A stretch of DNA of 64,000 bases. Origin: a virus (taxonomy: Duplodnaviria > Caudoviricetes). The translations under genes were made by a program, and so were the position numbers. The notes below the pieces were generated by a model that ran no database searches, was not told where the DNA came from, and saw only the letters and a list, made by a program, of their open reading frames with translations. Location of the stretch: positions 21,616 through 85,615 of the IMG/VR virus record IMGVR_UViG_3300035670_000121; one strand, 5' to 3'. Positions 56,526-64,000 of this stretch are shown in pieces. Within the stretch, counting starts at the first letter, position 1. Each line of letters begins with the position of its first letter.

Positions 56526-56765
56526 ATGACAAGCAGTAATTATAGTTCTTTTAAAAAGAGACTTGACAACATCATCTCAAGTCTTGATTCTATCAAGGAA
56601 GATATCGAACACGCTGGAGGTTTTCAGACCGACACGATGAGTGAAGAATTCCTTGACAACATGGAGAGCGCGGTGATAAGTTTGCAGGACTGCATGGACA
56701 ATTTAGAGTCTGATGAAGCAGTAAAATCCTATAAAGATTCAGATGAAAATCCAGACGTATATTAA
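56526..56765 (+). CDS. Hypothetical protein
   Basis: ORF track. Confidence 0.6.
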   Translation: MTSSNYSSFKKRLDNIISSLDSIKEDIEHAGGFQTDTMSEEFLDNMESAVISLQDCMDNLESDEAVKSYKDSDENPDVY

Positions 56766-56946
56766 AAAACTACAACAGATTGCAAAAAATAATCCAGATG
56801 CAATTGTTATTTATTCGTCAGATGAAGAAGGAAATAGTTTCAACGAAGTGTTGCGCGAGCCAGAAGTAATTTACTACAATCGCGAAGAACGAGAGATTAA
56901 TGATGTTAAATATGATGGTTTTGTGACTGCTGTTTGTATCAACTAA
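56743..56946 (+). CDS. Hypothetical protein (SSDEEGNSF motif)
   Basis: ORF track. Confidence 0.65.
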   Translation: MKIQTYIKKLQQIAKNNPDAIVIYSSDEEGNSFNEVLREPEVIYYNREEREINDVKYDGFVTAVCIN

Positions 56947-56960
56947 ATACTATATACATT

Positions 56961-57143
56961 ATGCTTAATAAAGAACAAATGTTTATTGTTCACGAATTCA
57001 TTGACAAGAATGCAACTAAAAATGTTTGGAACGTCAGTGATGAATTGATTAAAATGGTTTTTGAAGTTGTAGACGCGCAAGACTCTAATCAAATCAAATT
57101 GCTTGACGAGAAGCTGAAAGCACTGCAAGCTATTCCAGCATGA
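56961..57143 (+). CDS. Hypothetical protein
   Basis: ORF track, start adjusted. Confidence 0.55.
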   Translation: MLNKEQMFIVHEFIDKNATKNVWNVSDELIKMVFEVVDAQDSNQIKLLDEKLKALQAIPA

Positions 57144-57345
57144 TCATGATTACTATCTACAAAGATTTGCATAACGAGTACAGTCTTTCCTATCTAGTTG
57201 CAAAAAATAATGAGCACAATGATATGTATCAGTTCGTTAAATTTCATCTAGAAGATTGGGAAGTCGGCCAATACATGGGTGGTAATTAATACCGCTTGAC
57301 AAGTGAAGTTTTTGCTCTATACTGTACCCACAACAATAAAAAATT

Positions 57346-57789
57346 ATGGGACTTGATTCTTATTTGAGTGTGACTGTTAGCGTTGATAAAAGAGATGCAA
57401 ACTATCAGAAAGTAATTGATACTTTGCGTATCAAACCTGATCGAAGTGCTTCTTGGGTAGACGTTAATCATAATGTAGCTTATTGGCGAAAAGCTAATGC
57501 TATTCATTCTTGGTTTGTAAAGAATGTTCAAGATGGTGTTGATGATTGTCGCAAGGCTTTTGTATCGCGAGATCAACTAGAAAAACTTGTAGATCTTTGT
57601 ATTGATGTTAAAAACAATAAATTAAAGCCTGAAAATAGTTTGCCTACACAATCTGGCTTCTTCTTTGGATCCACAGAATATGACGATTATTATACGCGAG
57701 ATCTTGAATATACTATTGATGTCATATCTAGTATTTTAATGAATCCTGATTATAAAGAAGCAGATTTTTATTACCGATCTAGCTGGTAA
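57346..57789 (+). CDS. Conserved phage protein (MGLD...YWRKANAIH.WFV...GFFFG...SSW)
   Basis: Motif; promoter TTGACA at 57296. Confidence 0.75.
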   Translation: MGLDSYLSVTVSVDKRDANYQKVIDTLRIKPDRSASWVDVNHNVAYWRKANAIHSWFVKNVQDGVDDCRKAFVSRDQLEKLVDLCIDVKNNKLKPENSLPTQSGFFFGSTEYDDYYTRDLEYTIDVISSILMNPDYKEADFYYRSSW

Positions 57790-57797
57790 TTAATACA

Positions 57798-58469
57798 ATG
57801 AAATTGCTTGATCTATTTTGTTGTGCTGGCGGCGCTGGCATGGGTTATAATAAAGCTGGTTTTGATGTTACTGGTGTTGATATTAAAGATCAGCCTAATT
57901 ATCCTTTTACATTCATTAAAAATGATGTAATGGAAGTATTACAAGATAAAGATTTCTTGTCTCAATTCGATGTAATACATGCCTCGCCACCTTGTCAAGG
58001 TTATAGCAAAGCAACAAAAGATGATTCAGTTTATGTTCATTATTCTCAAGGCAAGCAAACTCCTAAACTGATTGAACCAGTTAGAAATGCTTTGATTCAG
58101 ACTGGTAAATACTATATTATTGAAAACGTTGTTGGCGCAAAGAATGATTTGATTGAGCCGTTTTATTTGACTGGATTTATGTTTGATCTGCCGATTGAAC
58201 GTAAAAGATTTTTTGAAACAAATTTTCCAGTCAAACAACCTGAAGCAAAAGCAAAGCGAGGCTTTACTAAAAAATACGCTGAAAAGAATAACATAGATTA
58301 TCGCGATATGAGCGTTACTGGAAAGTCTCGTCGCAAAGGCTCGATTGATGTATGGCGCAAAGTCATGGAAATGCCTTGGGCTGGTCGCGGTTGGGAGTTG
58401 ACAGAGGCTATACCTCCAGCATATACTCACTACATCGGTGAGCAACTGAAGGTGCATCTGAAAAATTAA
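57798..58469 (+). CDS. DNA cytosine-C5 methyltransferase (short phage type)
   Basis: LDLFCCAGG, HASPPCQ, IENV, R.R.FE, EAIPPAY. Confidence 0.85.
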   Translation: MKLLDLFCCAGGAGMGYNKAGFDVTGVDIKDQPNYPFTFIKNDVMEVLQDKDFLSQFDVIHASPPCQGYSKATKDDSVYVHYSQGKQTPKLIEPVRNALIQTGKYYIIENVVGAKNDLIEPFYLTGFMFDLPIERKRFFETNFPVKQPEAKAKRGFTKKYAEKNNIDYRDMSVTGKSRRKGSIDVWRKVMEMPWAGRGWELTEAIPPAYTHYIGEQLKVHLKN

Positions 58470-58590
58470 ACAATTGATTTTTAAGAAATTGAAAGTAAAA
58501 TAAGAGGCAAATTGACGGCATTTTGGTATCTTGCTAGTTAGACATCTGCCTGCGGCGTAATCAAATAAAATCGCTGCCTTTTAATTTCTT

Positions 58591-58621
58591 ACCCTTACTT
58601 ATAAAACAGTAAGGGTTTTTT
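58591..58621 (+). terminator. Intrinsic terminator
   Basis: ACCCTTACT...AGTAAGGGT plus T run. Confidence 0.75.
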
Positions 58622-59318
58622 AATATTTATCATTCTTTGACAAATTATCTTCAGCCCAAAGAGGTTGAAGATTCGTGTAGTGAACAGCTTGTAATAGTTG
58701 TTCTTTATCCGTTAAATCAAATGAACTTAATGGTTTTATATGATCAATATGCCAACCATAAAATCCATGATTTTCCCAAGACATTCCGGGTTTGAATTTG
58801 GATTCTAAATAAACTTTAAGTTCATCTATACTACAGCCTAAATCTTTTACAGCACTACCAGATTTATAATTACCTCTCAAAGCAGATTTCAATCTTGATC
58901 GTAATGAACGAGACAGTCTAGCATTAACATTTTTTTTATTAGCATAATATTGTTTTCTTTTCTCATTAATTTTATCTCTGTTATTATTATAATAAATTTT
59001 TTTTTGCGTTTTTTCTTGTTCTTTGTTTATAGATCGCCAAATTTCTTTTCGTAATTTCACTTTCTCTTTATTGGCTTCAACATAAGCTTTTCCCCATTTT
59101 TTTATCTTATCTTTATTAGCTTCGCGCCAAACTTTGTTCACTGTTTTTACTTTATCTTTATTAGCTTTACGATAATCTTTAGCATATTTATTTGCTTTAT
59201 TTTTATTAAGCTTACGATAAATTCTTTGATAGATCTTCCATCTCAATTTCTTATCAGTAATATTTTTCCAACTGTTTAAAGTTAAATCATTACCTTCCAA
59301 TGAAAATTCGAGTTGCAT
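58620..59318 (-). CDS. HNH-type homing endonuclease with repeated basic helices
   Basis: LGCSIDEL...GMSWEN..WHIDHIKP...HYTNLQPLWAEDNLSK. Confidence 0.82.
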   Translation of the reverse strand: MQLEFSLEGNDLTLNSWKNITDKKLRWKIYQRIYRKLNKNKANKYAKDYRKANKDKVKTVNKVWREANKDKIKKWGKAYVEANKEKVKLRKEIWRSINKEQEKTQKKIYYNNNRDKINEKRKQYYANKKNVNARLSRSLRSRLKSALRGNYKSGSAVKDLGCSIDELKVYLESKFKPGMSWENHGFYGWHIDHIKPLSSFDLTDKEQLLQAVHYTNLQPLWAEDNLSKNDKY

Positions 59319-59398
59319 TTGATAATATTATAATTTTTCATTTCCTAAATTAAAGAAAAAATTTCTTGACTTCTTCAAACCATATCTTATACTAAGCC

Positions 59399-59758
59399 AT
59401 GTTTAAATTCAGAGTCTGGGATAAGAAAAAAAATAAGTATTTAGATAATAGTTATGCACAAGCTATTACAAATAATGGTAAACTAATTATTGGCGACAGT
59501 GATTACTATACTTCATTTACAAATACAAATGAAGATGACTATATTGTAGAATATTGTACCGGATATAAGTCTATAAATAATGAAGATATTTATGTAAATG
59601 ACTACATTGAGTATAAGCTAGGTTTGAAAATGGTTCGCGGGCGAGTTGTCTATGATCACTTTGCATATTATGTTGCCGAGATTCGCGGTGGTTATATGCA
59701 ATTTACTCAGCAAAATTATACAATAATTGGTAATTATAATACAAATCCTGTTAATTAA
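59399..59758 (+). CDS. YopX family protein
   Basis: FKFRVWDK...YCTG......IY..D...IIGN. Confidence 0.75.
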   Translation: MFKFRVWDKKKNKYLDNSYAQAITNNGKLIIGDSDYYTSFTNTNEDDYIVEYCTGYKSINNEDIYVNDYIEYKLGLKMVRGRVVYDHFAYYVAEIRGGYMQFTQQNYTIIGNYNTNPVN

Positions 59759-59764
59759 TAAAAT

Positions 59765-59986
59765 ATGAAAGCAAAATTAGAGTACAATTTGCCCGAGGAT
59801 CAATCGCTGTTTGATGCTGCCTGTAAGGCAACTGATATGCGGAGCGCCGTTTCTGATTTCGATAATGAGCTTAGAAATTGGATAAAGCACGGCCACGATT
59901 TTAAGAATGCCGACGATGCTTTAGAGAAGGTTCGAGAGTCTTTGTATGTTTACTTAAATAGTTATGGTATAAATATACATGAGTAA
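59765..59986 (+). CDS. Conserved phage hypothetical (MKAKLEYNLPED)
   Basis: Motif. Confidence 0.7.
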   Translation: MKAKLEYNLPEDQSLFDAACKATDMRSAVSDFDNELRNWIKHGHDFKNADDALEKVRESLYVYLNSYGINIHE

Positions 59987-60335
59987 TTACATATTCAGAA
60001 TTTGGGATAAAGAAGCTCAAAAATATGTAATGACCGGCGCACTTTACGGATGTGAAGGTGTTGCCGGTTTATCTACTTATTTCAATCGTAAAACACATAT
60101 TGTACAACAATTTAGTGGCTTGACTGATGTAAATGGTGAGAAGATTTTTGAAGGCGATGTATTAAAATATGGAACCAAATTAGGCATTGTTAATTTCACT
60201 TATGGATGTTTTTATGTTGACAATCTTGCATTGAATGAGTTTATTTGTAATGAAATTTCTGCTTCAATGGATTATCCGTGGATTGAATTAGAAAAATTTG
60301 GTAATGTATTAGAACATCCACAATTAATTAAATGA
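59979..60335 (+). CDS. YopX family protein
   Basis: FRIWDK...QFSGLTDVNGEKIFEGD...GNVLEHP. Confidence 0.8.
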   Translation: MSNYIFRIWDKEAQKYVMTGALYGCEGVAGLSTYFNRKTHIVQQFSGLTDVNGEKIFEGDVLKYGTKLGIVNFTYGCFYVDNLALNEFICNEISASMDYPWIELEKFGNVLEHPQLIK

Positions 60336-60577
60336 ATAAAGATCAAAAATTTATAATGTGCGACTGTCATAGTCACGCTCTTGTTGTTGAAAGATTTGAT
60401 GACGAAGAAGAAGTTTATATTGCATTATTTGAGCGCAGATTAGATGGCAGAAAGCTGTCATTTATAGAACGAATCAAATGGTGTTGGCAAATTCTTAGAC
60501 ATGGTAATCCTTGGAATGATTTGATTGTTTTAAATAAGGAAAAGCAAAAAGAACTTGCTGAATTTTTAAATCATTAA
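60332..60577 (+). CDS. Hypothetical protein
   Basis: ORF track. Confidence 0.65.
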   Translation: MNKDQKFIMCDCHSHALVVERFDDEEEVYIALFERRLDGRKLSFIERIKWCWQILRHGNPWNDLIVLNKEKQKELAEFLNH

Positions 60578-60578
60578 T

Positions 60579-60929
60579 ATGAGTGACCGTTTTAAATTCA
60601 GAATATTTTCTTTTTTAGAAAAGTCTTTCTATTTTTTCTCTATTGGAGATTGTGAAGATGGTTATCCTCAAGGCATTGCTGGTGGAGTTAGTGAAATTCA
60701 ACAATATACAGGTTGTCACGATTCATCCAACAAAGACATTTATGAAGGTGACATTGTTAAGTGGGGTAATTTAAATTATATTGTAGAATGGAATCATACA
60801 GCTTATAAATGGCAAGGCAGATGTCCATATTATCATCCATATAATCATCCAACTACAGAACATTTTAGAGACTTAATGAATGGTGTTATTGTTGGTAATA
60901 TTTTTGAGAACAAAGAATTATTAAGTTAA
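60579..60929 (+). CDS. YopX family protein
   Basis: FKFR...QYTGCHD...IYEGDIV...GNIFENKELL. Confidence 0.8.
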   Translation: MSDRFKFRIFSFLEKSFYFFSIGDCEDGYPQGIAGGVSEIQQYTGCHDSSNKDIYEGDIVKWGNLNYIVEWNHTAYKWQGRCPYYHPYNHPTTEHFRDLMNGVIVGNIFENKELLS

Positions 60930-60930
60930 T

Positions 60931-61146
60931 ATGAATAAAAGTGTTACTGAATTGTGTGCCGATTATCCCAATTTGGCAGAATATATTGTTCAATTGGAGA
61001 AACGAGAAAATAAACTTCTTAGAATTTTATATATGATTCGTAGTGGGAATGCTCCCCTATATGACTCTGATGACGCTATTAATTTTCAAAACGAAGTGGA
61101 TGATATACTTGACCCGTGGATTAGAAAAAATATTAATAAAGTATGA
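60931..61146 (+). CDS. Hypothetical protein
   Basis: ORF track. Confidence 0.6.
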   Translation: MNKSVTELCADYPNLAEYIVQLEKRENKLLRILYMIRSGNAPLYDSDDAINFQNEVDDILDPWIRKNINKV

Positions 61147-61589
61147 ATAACCGATTTAAATTTAGAGTGTGGGATAAAATGAGATTACAATTCATTTATC
61201 CTCATAATGACAATCAACAACACTTTATCATTGATTTAAATGGACGCTTCCATAATTTACAAAATGGTAGCGGTGGTGAGGATTATGTAATCCAACAATA
61301 TACAGGTTTAAATGATAAAAACAATAATCCTATTTTTGAAGGTGATATTGTTTCATTTTCATATAGAGCAAGCGAACACGATATAGAAGAAGAAATCGGT
61401 AAAGTGTTCTTTTCTGAGGGTATCTTTTATTTCGGCAAAAGTTTATTTGCTTCTAATGACAGTAATTTTATTACTGAGTCAATTAAAGTAATTGGCAATA
61501 TTTTTAATCCACCCTGCAACTTCGATGCGAACAACGAGTGTTTGATTTGCGATGATATTATTGATAATTGTCAGTTTAAAAATAAATAA
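61143..61589 (+). CDS. YopX family protein with Cys-rich tail
   Basis: FKFRVWDK...QYTGLNDKN..IFEGDIV...VIGNIF. Confidence 0.8.
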   Translation: MNNRFKFRVWDKMRLQFIYPHNDNQQHFIIDLNGRFHNLQNGSGGEDYVIQQYTGLNDKNNNPIFEGDIVSFSYRASEHDIEEEIGKVFFSEGIFYFGKSLFASNDSNFITESIKVIGNIFNPPCNFDANNECLICDDIIDNCQFKNK

Positions 61590-61591
61590 CC

Positions 61592-61864
61592 ATGAAATAT
61601 AAAGTTACATATTATGATTATGATACTGATTCAACGATAACTAAAAATTGTATTAATATTGATTATAATACAAATGATAAAACTTTCAGTTTTTATCCAG
61701 TAGATGATCCTCCTCGCATTTATAAATCTGTTATTATAGACCATCCAACAGTTAGTATTTGTCAAAATGATCGTGGGCTTAGAATTACTGTAGATGGTTA
61801 TCAATGTATAAAATCAGGTGGCTATTGGAAAACAAAAACAATTATTGAAAGCGTAAATAAATAG
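61592..61864 (+). CDS. Hypothetical protein
   Basis: ORF track. Confidence 0.6.
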   Translation: MKYKVTYYDYDTDSTITKNCINIDYNTNDKTFSFYPVDDPPRIYKSVIIDHPTVSICQNDRGLRITVDGYQCIKSGGYWKTKTIIESVNK

Positions 61865-61866
61865 TC

Positions 61867-62094
61867 ATGAGTTCATTTAAATATAAAAAAGTAAAAGATT
61901 ATAAGGTTGAAGTTAGAACTAAAAATAATATTCTAGTTGCAACGATGGAAGAAGATGTAGATGGATTTTTTTATTTGTGGATTGAAGACGTGAATGGAGC
62001 TTGGCATTCACAAATTCTGCGCGAACTTGCAGATAAGCTTGACAAACTCAACAGAGAGTGGGATATTAAGATCCAACAAGATATTGGAAAGTAA
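61867..62094 (+). CDS. Hypothetical protein, paralog of 42935..43174
   Basis: Shared DGFFY.W and KLD.LN..WD. Confidence 0.65.
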   Translation: MSSFKYKKVKDYKVEVRTKNNILVATMEEDVDGFFYLWIEDVNGAWHSQILRELADKLDKLNREWDIKIQQDIGK

Positions 62095-62096
62095 TT

Positions 62097-62399
62097 ATGA
62101 CTGATTCAGAAATCAATAAAACTATTGCTGAATATATTCAATGGAAGCCAGCAATCATTCCAAGAGACATGACTGGTAAGCCATTTGAAGGATGGGATAT
62201 TCCGCCTGATTATTGCAATAATTTAAATGAAATGCATGAGGCGGAGAAAATGCTAACAGCAGAACAAGCACGTTCCTATGACAAAGAACTTCAAAAGATT
62301 GGCTTTAGAAACCGTTTAGCTGGCGCATTTTGGTTGTGGCACTTTTCGGCAGCATGGAAAGCTGAAGCATTTCTAAAAACTATCGGTAAATGGAAATAA
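62097..62399 (+). CDS. Hypothetical phage protein (PDYCNNLN.MHEAE)
   Basis: ORF track. Confidence 0.65.
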   Translation: MTDSEINKTIAEYIQWKPAIIPRDMTGKPFEGWDIPPDYCNNLNEMHEAEKMLTAEQARSYDKELQKIGFRNRLAGAFWLWHFSAAWKAEAFLKTIGKWK

Positions 62400-62403
62400 T
62401 AAT

Positions 62404-62622
62404 ATGAATGAATCTGAACTACTATCTATACTTCGCGATTCTAAATTTAAAAAAGAGTTGACGGCCAAAAAAACCGCCGAATTAGTTGAGGATAAAAAAT
62501 ATGTTGTTACTGGTTTTGTAGTAACAGATAAAAATGGTGATGTTGGTATAATTGATAAATCTGCTGTTAGATGGCTTGACAAGCATGATTTTTTTAGTAT
62601 GATGCATGAATATGAACAATAA
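62404..62622 (+). CDS. Hypothetical protein
   Basis: ORF track. Confidence 0.6.
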   Translation: MNESELLSILRDSKFKKELTAKKTAELVEDKKYVVTGFVVTDKNGDVGIIDKSAVRWLDKHDFFSMMHEYEQ

Positions 62623-62866
62623 AGAAATACAATTTAGCGCCGAAAAGCTAATTGAAAGCGTTCAATCTTTTGCAAAAGATTTAGTAAGTTTAAATAATCA
62701 AAACTACTACATGGAAAAAGAGATAAATGAATTACAAAAATACAAATCATTTGTAAAATCATTGTTGAATCCTGATGAATATGGTCACGCTGTAACTGCT
62801 GAAGTGCGCGATCAAGCACGAATTTTGCTGGGTATGAAGCCAGTTGAAAGTAAATTAAAGAAATAA
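62606..62866 (+). CDS. Hypothetical protein
   Basis: ORF track. Confidence 0.6.
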   Translation: MNMNNKEIQFSAEKLIESVQSFAKDLVSLNNQNYYMEKEINELQKYKSFVKSLLNPDEYGHAVTAEVRDQARILLGMKPVESKLKK

Positions 62867-62867
62867 T

Positions 62868-63335
62868 ATGACCCCCGAACGCCAACAATATCTAATCAAA
62901 ACTTTTCCTAAGATTTATACAGATAGCGGCGAAAATACGCCATTTAATCTGTTTCATTTTGAATGTGATGATGGTTGGTTTTTAATTCTAGTTAGACTTA
63001 GCCAATACATTCAAAAATATATTGATCAAAATAATGAATGGGCAGTTAAATATCCAGATCAATATAAAATAGTGCCCCAAGTTAAAGCTTTACAGATTAA
63101 AGAAAAGTTTGGTTCGTTGCGATATTATTTTACTGGTGGTGATGAACATATTTCTGCTATTGTAAGTTTTGTAGAATATAGTAGCAGTTTTACTTGTGAA
63201 ACTACTGGTAAAACAGAAGATGTTGGGCGCAATAAAAAAGGCTGGATTAAAACTCATCATGTCAGTCTAGCTCGCGGCAATGATTTTAATTTTATTGATG
63301 ATGAAGAACTTCGCAAGCTATATCTTTCCAAATAA
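62868..63335 (+). CDS. Conserved phage protein (ECDDGW...QIKEKFGSLRYY...TCE..G)
   Basis: Motif. Confidence 0.75.
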   Translation: MTPERQQYLIKTFPKIYTDSGENTPFNLFHFECDDGWFLILVRLSQYIQKYIDQNNEWAVKYPDQYKIVPQVKALQIKEKFGSLRYYFTGGDEHISAIVSFVEYSSSFTCETTGKTEDVGRNKKGWIKTHHVSLARGNDFNFIDDEELRKLYLSK

Positions 63336-63379
63336 AAAGTTTTTGACTTCCCACCAAAAACCTGTAGAATGTTTCCACG

Positions 63380-63574
63380 ATGAATGATTACCGAACTGAA
63401 GCTGAGAACGAATTGGCCGCTTATACTGCTTATGAACAAGTCCGGGCTGGCATAAACATTGGAACGGTGCTTAAGAATCTGGGTCGTTACGATCAGGGTG
63501 TTGTGGACGCTGCTACTGGTGCTGGCAAGCCTAAACCTACAGTCAAGAAAGCCAAGAAAGCCAAGAAAAAGTAA
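63380..63574 (+). CDS. Small protein with Lys/Ala-rich tail
   Basis: Leaderless after TTGACT-17-TAGAAT (63343); ends KKAKKAKKK. Confidence 0.65.
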   Translation: MNDYRTEAENELAAYTAYEQVRAGINIGTVLKNLGRYDQGVVDAATGAGKPKPTVKKAKKAKKK

Positions 63575-63620
63575 AAAAAGCGGTTGACTTCTTCTGTGGT
63601 TGGTGTACACTATTTTCACG

Positions 63621-64000
63621 ATGAAGACAAATCATACTTATTATTTTGACTTTACAGTTTCCAATGAAAAAGAGAGTCAAGAAACTCTACAGGAGTTAAC
63701 AGATGAAATTTTCGGTAATCGTGGCAGTGTAGAGATTGTTGAGAAGTTATTTGATATTACATTTGCTTCTGGTATTGAGAATGGCAGGCTGATCTTCTTG
63801 AATTTGGATGGTGAAGATAGTGAAAATGATTATTTGATGAATAAGTATGACGGCAAGGTTTTGTTGACTACACCGCCATTAGATCATCAAACAAATAAGC
63901 CATTCGCCAAAACCAAACTCACTTTCAAGATTGAAACGAAAGAGATTGATAATGGATTTGTTGAGGTAACGGGGTTTATTAACTCCAAAATCAGAAATAC
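63621..64000 (+). CDS. Hypothetical protein, runs off window
   Basis: Open frame from ATG 63621 after TTGACT/TACACT promoter (63584). Confidence 0.6.
   Translation, partial: MKTNHTYYFDFTVSNEKESQETLQELTDEIFGNRGSVEIVEKLFDITFASGIENGRLIFLNLDGEDSENDYLMNKYDGKVLLTTPPLDHQTNKPFAKTKLTFKIETKEIDNGFVEVTGFINSKIRN

Noticed and set aside
59399-61589. YopX paralogs as a diversity-generating retroelement target set
   Set aside because: No reverse transcriptase and no adenine-specific TR/VR pair seen
1-64000. Stop-codon reassignment (code 15 or 4)
   Set aside because: Conserved genes are intact in code 11; TAG (28100, 31710, 52922) and TGA end genes at sensible places; no suppressor tRNA

Overview
A 64 kb segment of a large, AT-rich lytic bacteriophage genome (jumbo-phage-like), almost all on the + strand and read in the standard code 11. 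The host is probably diderm, since the phage encodes an outer-membrane beta-barrel. Left: class II ribonucleotide reductase and a bacterial-type replisome (RecA, DnaB, primase, PD-(D/E)XK exonuclease, DnaQ-like exonuclease). DnaE is broken into three genes; its two catalytic halves carry a split intein separated by a free-standing endonuclease. ClpC, a tubulin/FtsZ homolog and a Whirly-like protein follow. Middle: nucleotide metabolism (dUTPase, GMP reductase-like, two deaminases, ThyX), UvsE, glycosyltransferases, a PAS-domain membrane protein, a citrate-synthase-like fragment and a secreted c-type cytochrome-like protein. Right: RuvB, a tRNA cluster and many small early-type genes (YopX paralogs, a C5 methyltransferase). 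The tRNA cluster (52.9-55.8 kb) is the most unusual part. It holds two compact IC3-like group I introns, one apparently in the anticodon STEM (27/28) of tRNA-Leu(UAA), and an adjacent free-standing endonuclease. It also holds at least six structured non-tRNA RNAs, including a tandem pair that shares a covarying core. Two promoter classes are visible, sigma70-like and a phage-specific RTGTAW motif, both mostly giving leaderless transcripts. All calls come from reading motifs by eye; no database searches were run.
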